This document shows positions 19,719-29,335 of a DNA stretch of 64,000 nucleotides, in pieces; position 1 is the first letter of the stretch, and each line of letters begins with the position of its first letter. Source of the stretch: Thermoproteota archaeon. GTDB lineage: Archaea; Korarchaeota; Korarchaeia; Korarchaeales; JAOZGB01. The stretch covers positions 32,001 through 96,000 of the forward strand of contig JAVCBU010000006.1 of NCBI GenBank assembly GCA_037917685.1, in the 5' to 3' direction. The position numbers and the translations under genes were made by a program. The notes under the pieces are model-generated. The model searched no databases. It worked only from the letters and a program-made list of their open reading frames with translations, and was not told where the DNA came from.

Positions 19719-20901
19719 CCATACCCTTTAATAATAAGGTTACGGCCATGTATAAAGGTAGCTCAAGCACCTCGCCGACAGGGGCACTTGGTGGATTGAT
19801 AGGACTTCTAGGTAACTTCGGTATGCCAAGCGATCTTACCCTTATAGGCCGGTCTCCTAGGCTTGTAGCTGAGATGGACGGATTGAAAGTATAGAGTTCT
19901 TCGATAGTCAAAGGATAGACCCTCCATCCTGTTTTCCCATGAAGAGTGTTGGGAATCCTTGATGACCGTTTCAGGTCAGGCGTCACTACCTTATCAACCC
20001 TACACCCGTATTTTTCTCTTACATCATTAACCAAGCCTCTTAGAACTTTATCTATCCTTGACTTTCTCGCTACTTTAAATGGCCTTCCATCTGTAAGGGA
20101 GCGCCTTATCTCGGACAATAACTCAGGATTACTCTTAATTCTATTAAGAGAGTCAAGTATCGACTCAACGTGTTTTGCGTATCTACCCCGCCATCCGGAC
20201 TCTCTAACAGAAGGAAGAATTATGAATTTCTCCTTCTTATCCAGCACTACTCTAACTATCAGCTCAGGGCTTAGCCTAGACCCACTAACGTATTCGACGA
20301 TACTCTTTCTCTGATCTTCGCTTAAATCCAGAATTTTAGGATCTGAAACTATAACGTGAAACCCCCTGTTTCCAGTAAATACTATTCTTATTTCTTGTTT
20401 TGGGAAACAGAAGTCTCCCAGTAAGAATTCTTCTATTAGTTTTACAGTTTCGTTTCTAGCTGCCTTGAGGCATGAGTTACAGATCCACGTTATAGTCTTT
20501 AATTTGGTATTTCCGCATTCTGGACAGTTATCGGGTGGGCTACCTCTTCCCTTAATGTTGCATCTCTCGCATATCCAGTAGTCATGCTGGTGCTTACAGG
20601 GGGGGTTCAACTTGTCTATATCTATGTCGAATAGTAATTCCATTCCTAGCCATCCCTCCATTTTCTCTGGTTTTTCATATTTAGAGGTAGAATAGTATGC
20701 ATGGGCAGGAACATCGTTCACAAGTCTGTTTCTAAGTTCTTCCTGGCTATGGAATCTAAGATATCTTGTCACCTTTCCATCGAAGCGCATCAGCATAATC
20801 TCCCTTCTTGTAATATCCTCGACTGAGATAATCATCTTTCTCCTTCTGTAATAGTCTTTAAAAGCTTCTACGATAAGATTGCTGGAATCCTGTCTTTTCA
20901 T
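19702..20901 (-). CDS. priS: DNA primase small subunit with Zn-ribbon insertion
   Basis: ELLFDIDID catalytic motif, FTGNRGFH, VDKVVTPD...RIPNTLHGKTG. Confidence 0.93.
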   Translation of the reverse strand: MKRQDSSNLIVEAFKDYYRRRKMIISVEDITRREIMLMRFDGKVTRYLRFHSQEELRNRLVNDVPAHAYYSTSKYEKPEKMEGWLGMELLFDIDIDKLNPPCKHQHDYWICERCNIKGRGSPPDNCPECGNTKLKTITWICNSCLKAARNETVKLIEEFLLGDFCFPKQEIRIVFTGNRGFHVIVSDPKILDLSEDQRKSIVEYVSGSRLSPELIVRVVLDKKEKFIILPSVRESGWRGRYAKHVESILDSLNRIKSNPELLSEIRRSLTDGRPFKVARKSRIDKVLRGLVNDVREKYGCRVDKVVTPDLKRSSRIPNTLHGKTGWRVYPLTIEELYTFNPSISATSLGDRPIRVRSLGIPKLPRSPINPPSAPVGEVLELPLYMAVTLLLKGMVEPVQ

Positions 20902-21869
20902 GTCTTTCTACCGTACTGTAATGGATTTCGAATATCTTTACATGCTTCATTTTTCTTGCATATGCCCAACTCTTCCAATCTTGCGCATGAGGGGGGAAGA
21001 TAGCCTTTTCTCTTTATATAGCTTATCTGATACATTGATATCTTCTCGTCAAAGTCCGGTGATTGCTTGAACACTTCCATGGTTTCTTCGACGGTTTTTC
21101 CCCTGTTTAGAAGGTATGCTGCCAGAATGAACCTTGACACATGTGTTAAGCCCTTATCAACCTCCCCCATTAGCCACCTCATACATGGTGGATCTGTTCT
21201 TCCTCTCGGCTTCACTCTAGGTTTAGCACTGCTTAAGTACGCATTCTTTATCCTCCTTGCAGCCTCGATGATGTTAGATGGTACACTAACTGGGGGCTTA
21301 CCTGCTACCTCTAGGATGTGGCTTTTTACTTTAGCTTCTAGGAGTCTCATATACTCTTTAACAGTTACATAGACATATCCGTTTATTATTTTCCTATTGG
21401 ATGGATCCCATCGCTCAGATATAGGCCCGATCCCAAGCGTAGATGCGAGTTTTATGTAGCTTACAAGGTCTATGGCTACCGATTTCACATCATCACCGAC
21501 CGTTATGGCTTCGATGCCGAACTCTTCCTTTCCAACTGTAATTAATACTTCAATATCATCCGCAGACCAGCGAGAGGCTATTTTCTCTGCTTCTCTCACT
21601 GCGTATTTATATGTTAGTCCTCTTAGGCTGATTATTGAAAGAATTATGTTTGCAATCGGATGTGATAGGATTTCCAACCATGGACCCGGACTTTCAAGCT
21701 TGATTGATGGTTTAATGGCGGACATTATTTTCCTTTCGGCTAACAGTATGGCAGGTGAAATTTGGGGCTTCCCAAGATCTTCCATGCTTTTAACTTTGAG
21801 AGAAACTATCTTCTTAGCTTTCTGGGAGAAGGGAAATTTCAGGCAGTATTCTAGAGTGGCGCTGTCCAA
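20898..21869 (-). CDS. priL: DNA primase large subunit
   Basis: KFPFS start, PPCM, H..RF, PPSC...GIC.....C Fe-S cysteines, NPLQY. Confidence 0.9.
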   Translation of the reverse strand: MDSATLEYCLKFPFSQKAKKIVSLKVKSMEDLGKPQISPAILLAERKIMSAIKPSIKLESPGPWLEILSHPIANIILSIISLRGLTYKYAVREAEKIASRWSADDIEVLITVGKEEFGIEAITVGDDVKSVAIDLVSYIKLASTLGIGPISERWDPSNRKIINGYVYVTVKEYMRLLEAKVKSHILEVAGKPPVSVPSNIIEAARRIKNAYLSSAKPRVKPRGRTDPPCMRWLMGEVDKGLTHVSRFILAAYLLNRGKTVEETMEVFKQSPDFDEKISMYQISYIKRKGYLPPSCARLEELGICKKNEACKDIRNPLQYGRKT

Positions 21870-21878
21870 GAATGTTTT

Positions 21879-22628
21879 TTACCTCCTCTCAACTATCGGG
21901 GCCAGATAGTATGTTAGGGTAGCTCCTTCTATCATTGGATAATCTAAGATTAATGGTTTGTCCGTGGCAAATTTTAGCCCGGCTATGTCTGAGGTTTTGC
22001 ACCCCACCATCATTTTTCCAAGTAGAGAAAGTGAGTATATACTTTCAGTTCTTGATTCAACGTTTAGTTCTAGCAGTACAGGGTCACCACGGTTAAAGGT
22101 GTTTGTATAGCTACCTGTTTCTGTCTTAGCTGCTATGGACAGTTTGTCCTCTTCAGCTACAAAGCGAGCCTCGCTAGATACAGAAGAGAGGAACTTGATA
22201 GCATGTTCAAGCTCGGAACTTATCAGTTTTGCATCTGCTGTGAAAACTTCCTTAGGTTCCTGAGGGATTTGTGGTGGGTCTATAGTCGAGAAAGTCATAG
22301 TCCGTGTCGTTACACCCTTAAGGATAAGAGTTATGGAAGACGCATCTTCTGAAATCCGGATTTCAAGCCGATCTCCAGATCTTAGTGCTTTAAATGCCTT
22401 GTCTATATCTTTAAAGTTTAAGCCAACCGTTATTTCCTTCTCACAGTCAAACGTTGAGAAATAGATAGACGGCAAGCTGAACTTTATCATGGCACTTTTA
22501 GTATAGTCTAAAGCCTTGAGTTCCAGTCTTTCAGGGGAGAGTATTAATGGAGCCTCTTCCGTTATCTCAGAAACAGCCTTTATGAGCTTTCTTAACGCTT
22601 CCGCCTCTTCAACTTCAGCTCTAAACAC
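21879..22628 (-). CDS. pcn: DNA sliding clamp PCNA
   Basis: LKALD...AM, VGLNF, DKPL, YYLAP; 249 aa. Confidence 0.93.
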   Translation of the reverse strand: MFRAEVEEAEALRKLIKAVSEITEEAPLILSPERLELKALDYTKSAMIKFSLPSIYFSTFDCEKEITVGLNFKDIDKAFKALRSGDRLEIRISEDASSITLILKGVTTRTMTFSTIDPPQIPQEPKEVFTADAKLISSELEHAIKFLSSVSSEARFVAEEDKLSIAAKTETGSYTNTFNRGDPVLLELNVESRTESIYSLSLLGKMMVGCKTSDIAGLKFATDKPLILDYPMIEGATLTYYLAPIVERR

Positions 22629-22633
22629 TCACA

Positions 22634-22969
22634 TCACCATAGATCTTCTAATCCTCCTAACTTCTCTTCTAATTCTCTAGCTTTCAAATAAATAGTTAAC
22701 TCAAGCCCGTCTAGGTTTACGATTTGCTCTTCTATCAACTCAACATTTGATTCGGAGGCGGTGTTAACAAGGCCTATTACCATTACAGGCTTTTTAACCT
22801 CATACTTCAACGGCTCTTCTGTATACACTCTTGCAACCCCAGTATCATCTTGAACAAGTATGTAATTCACTCCACGGCCTACAACTATTCCAACAATAGT
22901 AACCTTCCGATCAGCCGGGGTAATCTCTGAAATTCTTTTCTCGACGCTAGCAGTGTAATTCCTGCTCAA
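22634..22969 (-). CDS. RPA14/Rpa3-like single OB-fold protein
   Basis: ASVEKRISEI...KVTIVGIV...DDTGVA...VIG...RELEEKL resembles Thermococcales RPA14; probable TTG start overlapping the tfs stop. Confidence 0.7.
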   Translation of the reverse strand: MSRNYTASVEKRISEITPADRKVTIVGIVVGRGVNYILVQDDTGVARVYTEEPLKYEVKKPVMVIGLVNTASESNVELIEEQIVNLDGLELTIYLKARELEEKLGGLEDLW

Positions 22970-23286
22970 GAATACTCCCTCCATGTATAACCGCATTTAA
23001 CACATTTATAGAAGCGTGTTTCAGGCTCATCACCACCTCTAGTTTGCATAAACCAGTAGTAGGCTTCATTATGACCACATTTAGGGCATTCTATGTTTGT
23101 CTTCGGGTAGATTTCAAACTTAACTTGCTCATCTATGATTGTAATCTTATCCTCTTTGTTAATCATCTTAAGTTCGACAAGACTTCCGCCAGGGTTGTCA
23201 GTGACATATCCACAGCTACACTCCCATAGTTTCTTACCTGCCTTTTTAGATGGCGTCATTAAGGCCCCGCATCTTGGACAGAACAA
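22966..23286 (-). CDS. tfs: Transcript cleavage factor TFS
   Basis: Two Zn ribbons, QTRGGDEPETRFYKC with intact acidic hairpin. Confidence 0.95.
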   Translation of the reverse strand: MFCPRCGALMTPSKKAGKKLWECSCGYVTDNPGGSLVELKMINKEDKITIIDEQVKFEIYPKTNIECPKCGHNEAYYWFMQTRGGDEPETRFYKCVKCGYTWREYS

Positions 23287-23357
23287 TTACTCCACCAATT
23301 AATGGCAACGTCCCCTCACCCTTTTATTTTTTACTAGTCTCTAAACATTAGAGCCAA

Positions 23358-23903
23358 TTGAAAAGCGGCATAAAAATATTGGCCATTGACGACTGTAAAA
23401 GTTCAAGGAAAAGGAGAAGGGTGCCAATAGTTGGTGTTATTTTTAGAGGAAGTTTTTTTATAGAGGATGCTCTGAAAGGATGGTTGACGAGAGACGGAAT
23501 GGATGCCACGGAGGCGATTATAAGACTCCACAATTCCTCGTCCCATAGACATCAAATCCAATTAATAATGCTTCATGGTACAGTAATGGCGGGCTTTAAT
23601 ATCGTGGATATGAAGAACCTAAATGAAACATTAGGTAAACCCGTTATAGCTGTAACGGAGAAAAAGCCTGATTTCCAAATGGTTAGTCGCGCCCTTAGAA
23701 ACCTCCCAAACTATACTGAAAGAATAAAGATTGTAGAGAAGAATGGGGAATTTGAGGAGTTTAAAACGATTTATGGCAAAGTTTACGTTAATTATTCTGG
23801 TTTGGACAGTAAGGTTGTACAAAGAACCATCTGGAGCCTATCAAAACACTCTAAGATTCCAGAGCCGCTTAGAGTAGCCCATATATTATCCAGGCTGTTT
23901 TAA
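23358..23903 (+). CDS. DUF99/UPF0215 endonuclease V-like protein
   Basis: ILAIDD, DGMDAT, AGFNIVD, IPEPLRVAH. Confidence 0.85.
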   Translation: MKSGIKILAIDDCKSSRKRRRVPIVGVIFRGSFFIEDALKGWLTRDGMDATEAIIRLHNSSSHRHQIQLIMLHGTVMAGFNIVDMKNLNETLGKPVIAVTEKKPDFQMVSRALRNLPNYTERIKIVEKNGEFEEFKTIYGKVYVNYSGLDSKVVQRTIWSLSKHSKIPEPLRVAHILSRLF

Positions 23904-24167
23904 ATCCTCCTTTAACCTTTCAAACTCGGCTATAAGATCATCTATTCCCCTAATTAGAAGCTTGAGAGGGTTCCCCTCCTTTGCTCTAACTATAAGCTTC
24001 CCCTTCTCATGAAGAGGGTGGGGGACGTCATAGCCAGCTATTTCGACTTCATCATACTCTAAAAGTTTGGTAGAAATAAGGTTTAGAATCGTATGCGTTT
24101 CTCCCTCAACTTCAACCTCCAATAAATCTCCCTCCTTCCTCACGACGGAAACCTTCAATCTAACCAC
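23886..24167 (-). CDS. rpoL: RNA polymerase subunit Rpo11 (L)
   Basis: EGETHTILNL, AGYDVPHPL. Confidence 0.93.
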   Translation of the reverse strand: MVRLKVSVVRKEGDLLEVEVEGETHTILNLISTKLLEYDEVEIAGYDVPHPLHEKGKLIVRAKEGNPLKLLIRGIDDLIAEFERLKEDLKQPG

Positions 24168-25325
24168 CTAGCTAAATTTTCTAACGGTTTTCTTAGAAAG
24201 TATGTAACGGTTACCAGCGCTTCTACTTATTAAACCCTCCGCTATCAACTCTTCTATGTAAGTGTAGGCCTGGGGTATGGGTATCTCCAACTGCATTGCA
24301 ATTTTGTCAAGCTCAAATGGTCCATCTGGATACTTTTCGAAGAGGAAGCGTAGTAGACTTTTATACTCCGCTCCCGCTTTCTCAATGATTTTGGAATACC
24401 ATTCCTTCTCCCTTAAATAGTCCTTTAGAAGCCTTGTATCAACCTGTTTGACCCCTGAAACAGCGGCCATATCGAGAAGCTTGCCGAGCAATCTTAGGAG
24501 ATTCTGCGGTATTCCATCCACATACTTGTTACATTCGAAGATACATTCTTCGGTAAAAGGATAGGTCTTGCTAGGGCTTTTCCTTGTTCTGTATACTGCA
24601 AGCCTTTTAACTATGAGTGAAAGAGCCTCCTGATCATTTAGTGGAGGAATAACTATTTTCTCATGAACTCTAGATATGAGGGCGGGAAATTGTGATTCTA
24701 CTTCTTTATAGGATTCCGGGCTGAAGGTTAGAGCAACAATTATTCCCTCCGGCATTGAGGACACTACCTGCCTTATCATCTCATAGAAGTAAAATGTCCA
24801 ATATTTATCAACAAAGTAGATATTATATACGTCGTCAATAAGCAACGCACAGGGTCTACTGCCCTTCAGATTGCCCAGTATCAGGTCTCCAACCTCAGAG
24901 GGAGTTGATTTTCCGATATGGAACCTCTTTTGATATACCTGGGTGACAGGAATATTTAGAGCTTTAAAGATCTTCGTTTTCATAGACCTAGCCATTGCCA
25001 GAACTCTATTTACAACGGTAGTTATAATCTCCGGACCCGTTGCTACGTTAACGCTTATATATATCGGTAGGCCACCGTATCTTGAGATTTTATCTTGCAA
25101 ATATCTAAGCCGCATGGTCCTACCCGAGCCAGGCGGCCCCACGATATTAATGAAGCTACACCCCTCACCCGTGACTGTTTCCGTGATAAGCGGATCAATA
25201 GGTACGTCACAGGTTTGATGAACAAATAGTTCCGCAGCTGTTGAGGGATCCAGGATTATTTCAGATGTAAACGGGTTCCCTCTTAAGCCGAAGAGCTTTA
25301 TGTAAGTTGATGGAAACACCGACAT
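24168..25325 (-). CDS. AAA+ ATPase (ExeA/Cdc6-like) with C-terminal winged helix
   Basis: FGLRGNPF N-terminus, variant Walker A GPPGSGRT, Walker B LLIDD, SR finger, YPFT..GIP lid, C-terminal wHTH. Confidence 0.65.
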   Translation of the reverse strand: MSVFPSTYIKLFGLRGNPFTSEIILDPSTAAELFVHQTCDVPIDPLITETVTGEGCSFINIVGPPGSGRTMRLRYLQDKISRYGGLPIYISVNVATGPEIITTVVNRVLAMARSMKTKIFKALNIPVTQVYQKRFHIGKSTPSEVGDLILGNLKGSRPCALLIDDVYNIYFVDKYWTFYFYEMIRQVVSSMPEGIIVALTFSPESYKEVESQFPALISRVHEKIVIPPLNDQEALSLIVKRLAVYRTRKSPSKTYPFTEECIFECNKYVDGIPQNLLRLLGKLLDMAAVSGVKQVDTRLLKDYLREKEWYSKIIEKAGAEYKSLLRFLFEKYPDGPFELDKIAMQLEIPIPQAYTYIEELIAEGLISRSAGNRYILSKKTVRKFS

Positions 25326-25393
25326 GATACACCACTACTAGACCTTGAAGCTTAACATTATAGCATACAACCAAATTAAATAGGTTTAGACAC

Positions 25394-27526
25394 ATGCTGT
25401 CTCACTCAAAATTAGAAAACGTAGTTAAACTTGCATTCAAGGTTGAAAAGATAAGAAATGTAGGTATAATCGCTCATGTAGACCATGGAAAAACCACTCT
25501 AACCGATAGACTCCTTGAGGGCTCAGGCATTATTTCTGAGAAGACGGCGGGAGAGACGTTATTACTGGACTATGAGGATGTTGAAAAGGAGAGGAGAATG
25601 ACTGTAAAAGCTGCCGTAGCAACGATCCCATGCAGATTTAACCGGGAAGACTTTATCCTAAATCTTGTAGACACACCTGGCCATATTGATTTCAGCGGGC
25701 ACGTTGCCAGATCGATGCGGGCCATCGACGGCGCTATCTGCGTGGTAGACGCTGTTGAAGGAGTAATGGCGCAAACCCAACTAGTTACAATGCAAGCTTT
25801 AAAGGAGATAGTGAAACCGGTTCTCTTCATAAACAAAGTAGACAGGCTGATAAGAGAACTTAGACTTGAACTGGAAGATATAAAGGAGAGGATTGAGAGA
25901 ATAATAGAATCATATAACGCGATACTTGAGAGATACTCTAAAAAAACTCCTCTATTCAACTGGAGAGTTTCGTTCGAGAATGGAAGTGTAGCCATTGGTT
26001 CCGCACTACACGGATGGGCAATAACTGTCGAAAACCTCAAAAACGGGGTAAAATTCAAAGATATTGTTTCCAGTTATAAAGAGAACCAAGTAGAACAGCT
26101 GAAAAAGGAGATCCCAGTACATGAAGCCATCTGGAACATGATTTTAAAGCACATCCCCAACCCAAGGGATGCTCAGGCTTTAAGGATCCCATATATATGG
26201 CATGGAAACATAGAATCGCCGCTTGGCCGGGCATTAAAGTCGTGTTCACCTATGGGGGCTGTGGTTGCTAATGTGATCAACGCAACGCTTGACGAGAGAG
26301 GTAAAGTACTATACTACATTAGAGTGTTTTCTGGAGAGTTAAGATCTGGCAGTGAGCTTCACGCAGTTAACCGAAATGTTAACCTGAGGATAGGCCGTCT
26401 ATCTGTTGTCATAGGTAATAGACTTTACAGTGTTAGAGAGCTCCCTGCTGGAAACATTGCCGCTGTAACCATATCTAATGGTGTTAAAGTAGGTGAAACT
26501 TTGACTAGTGAATTTAAAGACTCCGTCCAACCATTTGAGGAATTTCCCTACCTTGCTGAGCCTGTAGTAGCCGTGTCTGTTGAACCTGAGAGAATGAAGG
26601 ATATACCTAGACTTGAAGGGCTTTTAAGCCAGATAGCTTCGGTTGAGCCAGGAATATGGTATAGAATAGACGAGGAGACGGGACAAGTAGTACTCGCAGG
26701 AACTGGAGAGTTACAATTAGAGATAGCGGCGTGGAGGCTAAGAGAAAGTGGGGTAGAGGTTGTGTTTGAAGAGCCGGAGGTTGTTTATAAGGAAGCCCTA
26801 AGGCATGATTTAACTATAGAAGTTGAAAGCCCAAATGGGGCTAATAAGTTTAAATTCAGGCTCCACCGTGTAGGGAATATTAAGATAACTCATGGTGAGG
26901 TTTCAAGAAGCATTAGGAAAATCTATAGAACCCCGGCTAATGTTTGGTTTATCGATAACACAAATATGAACTACATCGCAAATATACTGGTCGATAATAA
27001 GGTCTTAGAAGCTGAAAGGAGAGGTATAATTGAGGGACTAAAATCCGCATTGCGAAACGGTTACATGATAAGAGGACAAGTGAGAGGATGCGGGATCATA
27101 GTCGTCGAGGCGAATCTATCCCCTAATCCAAAATTACGGGGTTACCAGCAGATGTTCCTAGCAGCATATTCCTGCATTCAGAAGGCTGGAGAAAGATCAG
27201 CTCTAACAGTTGTAGAGCCATTATACTCGGCGGAAATAATGGTTGATTATGGTTTGGAAAGTGTAGTGGTCTCTTATCTTAAAAGACGAGGTTTCAGACT
27301 GGACCAAACCTTCGACACCGGATTCTTTAAAGTAATAAGAGGCGTTATTCCTGTAGCTGAAACCTTGCACCTCACAAGAGAGCTTAGAAGCATCACAGGT
27401 GGTAGAGTACTGTACCAGACCAGTTTTGCAGGTTGGAGAGAAGTTGAGGACAAACTGTTAAGAAAGTTAGTTACAAGAATAAGGGAGGAGAAGGGACTTC
27501 CCCCTCTAAACATGAAGTCCGAATAG
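25394..27526 (+). CDS. Elongation factor 2 paralog (aEF-2p-like GTPase)
   Basis: AHVDHGKTT, DTPGHIDF, NKVD, GSA, EPVV..VEP, GTGELQLE; the diphthamide HRG motif reads LRG. Confidence 0.85.
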   Translation: MLSHSKLENVVKLAFKVEKIRNVGIIAHVDHGKTTLTDRLLEGSGIISEKTAGETLLLDYEDVEKERRMTVKAAVATIPCRFNREDFILNLVDTPGHIDFSGHVARSMRAIDGAICVVDAVEGVMAQTQLVTMQALKEIVKPVLFINKVDRLIRELRLELEDIKERIERIIESYNAILERYSKKTPLFNWRVSFENGSVAIGSALHGWAITVENLKNGVKFKDIVSSYKENQVEQLKKEIPVHEAIWNMILKHIPNPRDAQALRIPYIWHGNIESPLGRALKSCSPMGAVVANVINATLDERGKVLYYIRVFSGELRSGSELHAVNRNVNLRIGRLSVVIGNRLYSVRELPAGNIAAVTISNGVKVGETLTSEFKDSVQPFEEFPYLAEPVVAVSVEPERMKDIPRLEGLLSQIASVEPGIWYRIDEETGQVVLAGTGELQLEIAAWRLRESGVEVVFEEPEVVYKEALRHDLTIEVESPNGANKFKFRLHRVGNIKITHGEVSRSIRKIYRTPANVWFIDNTNMNYIANILVDNKVLEAERRGIIEGLKSALRNGYMIRGQVRGCGIIVVEANLSPNPKLRGYQQMFLAAYSCIQKAGERSALTVVEPLYSAEIMVDYGLESVVVSYLKRRGFRLDQTFDTGFFKVIRGVIPVAETLHLTRELRSITGGRVLYQTSFAGWREVEDKLLRKLVTRIREEKGLPPLNMKSE

Positions 27527-27537
27527 GGTGTCCTGCG

Positions 27538-28278
27538 ATGGATGTTAGGGTTGTACTCGTAGAGCCAGAAAATCCAAGTAATACAGGAATGATTGCAAGA
27601 GCCATGAAAAATTTTGGATATACAGATTTATACCTTGTCAATCCAAAGTTCGATATCTCAGAGTCTAGAAGAATGGCTGTAAAAGCACAGGATGTATTAG
27701 ATAACGCTAAAATCGTGGACGACATAGGAGAAGCTTTGGTAGATGCTTCCTTAGTAGTCGGAACAACATCCAAGGTTGGCGGCATAAGAAATGTTAGAAG
27801 AAGAGTAGTGTCACTTAGAAGTTTTATTGAAAATTATAAATGGAAGGGAAAGGTGGCAATCCTATTTGGGAGGGAGTCTATAGGCCTCACAAACAAGGAG
27901 TTGGAACTCTGCGATGTTATCGTAAATATTCCAACCAGCGAAGAATACCCTTGCCTTAACATTGCAAATTCTGTTTCAATAGTTCTCTATGAATGTTACA
28001 CTAGGGGTTTAAGGAGGATATTGATCGAACCAGTAAGCAGGGAAACGTTAAAACTTCTTGAATATTATGTAAAATCTATATGCTACTCTATAGGTTTGCC
28101 TAGTTTTAAGACGGAAAGGGTAATAAAAGTTTTAAGAAATGTAATAGGTAGATGTTTTCCGAAGTGTATAGGTGAGTCTGAAGCTAGGTATCTTATGATG
28201 GTTGCACGCAAGGTTGCACTTAAATTAGGAGTTGATGTATATGCCATTAAGGGAAGCCAGGTGTTACAGGAGGGTTAA
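27538..28278 (+). CDS. trmJ: TrmJ/LasT-family SPOUT RNA methyltransferase
   Basis: VVLVEP..PSNTGMIARAMKNFG, FGRESIGLTN.EL, YPCLNIA. Confidence 0.88.
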   Translation: MDVRVVLVEPENPSNTGMIARAMKNFGYTDLYLVNPKFDISESRRMAVKAQDVLDNAKIVDDIGEALVDASLVVGTTSKVGGIRNVRRRVVSLRSFIENYKWKGKVAILFGRESIGLTNKELELCDVIVNIPTSEEYPCLNIANSVSIVLYECYTRGLRRILIEPVSRETLKLLEYYVKSICYSIGLPSFKTERVIKVLRNVIGRCFPKCIGESEARYLMMVARKVALKLGVDVYAIKGSQVLQEG

Positions 28279-28741
28279 AAGACCATATACCAGAAAGGAA
28301 TATATTAAATCCATACCCCCATCCAAGATTCGAAAGTACGAATTTGGCAACAAGAAAGGTGAATATGACTACGTATATAGAATCATTACAGAGGCGCCTT
28401 TTCAGCTTAGAAGCAACGCTATTGAAGCATTTAGGCTGGGACTACTTGGCCAGTTGAGAAATTTATCAAAAGAAAACTATTTTGTGATAATACATGCGCA
28501 CCCTCACCATATACTACGCAGGCATGCTATGGCTAGTGGACACAAGGCGGAAAGATTGCAGAAGGGGATGAGACTAGCCTTCGGAAAGCCCGACGGGAGA
28601 GCCGCCCAGCTCGACAAAGGCAGCAGAATAGCTTCCATCATGGGCTACTCCAGGGACGAGGAAGCGATAAAGAACGCTATTAGAGTAGCAGCGTCTAAAC
28701 TACCTCCATACATTAGGATCGTCAGAGAGAATCTTAAATAG
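28232..28741 (+). CDS. rpl10e: 50S ribosomal protein uL16 (L10e)
   Basis: RCYR...PYTRKEY, NAIEAFR, GMRLAFGKP.GRAA, ASKLP. Confidence 0.94.
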   Translation: MMYMPLREARCYRRVKRPYTRKEYIKSIPPSKIRKYEFGNKKGEYDYVYRIITEAPFQLRSNAIEAFRLGLLGQLRNLSKENYFVIIHAHPHHILRRHAMASGHKAERLQKGMRLAFGKPDGRAAQLDKGSRIASIMGYSRDEEAIKNAIRVAASKLPPYIRIVRENLK

Positions 28742-28753
28742 GCGAACAAATAG

Positions 28754-29335
28754 ATGAGTAAACCCCTACAAAAGAATAACATGAAAATGGAGATAGTATA
28801 TCCCGGCAAGCATATAGGCATTGTTGAAGAGGGAACTCCAGGTAAAAATACCTACGAAGTTAATGGAAACATATATTCCTCTGTTATTGGCAGATTAAAC
28901 TATGACAGAGATAACCGAGAGTTTCGAGTTCACCCCTTTAAAGAACTGAACTACGTGTCAACAGGGTATGTTATCGTGGGAACAGTATCTGCAACTGGTT
29001 TAAGTTCAGCTCAAGTTGAGATAGAAGCAATATATAGGCCAAAGACAAGAATCCTTGGAAAACCACTCGAGGGTTACATATTTAAGCGTAAAGAAAGTAG
29101 CTGGATGTTCTCCGTGGCAGATGTAATACTCGCTAAGGTATTAAGAATAGTATTCGGACGCATCCACCTCACTATAAACGAGCCCGAACTCGGAGTGATC
29201 TATTCTAAATGCCCTGAATGTGCTATGCCCTTAAAGCGAGTTGGAAACACCCTTGTATGCGGGGAATGCGAGAAAGTTATAGTGAATAAAAAGCTATCTC
29301 CATTTTACAGTAAACTGTCGATTACCCAGAAGTAG
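28754..29335 (+). CDS. csl4: Exosome subunit Csl4
   Basis: VYPG..IG..EE..PG.NTY, S1 domain, ELGVIYSKCPEC...CGEC Zn ribbon. Confidence 0.85.
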   Translation: MSKPLQKNNMKMEIVYPGKHIGIVEEGTPGKNTYEVNGNIYSSVIGRLNYDRDNREFRVHPFKELNYVSTGYVIVGTVSATGLSSAQVEIEAIYRPKTRILGKPLEGYIFKRKESSWMFSVADVILAKVLRIVFGRIHLTINEPELGVIYSKCPECAMPLKRVGNTLVCGECEKVIVNKKLSPFYSKLSITQK

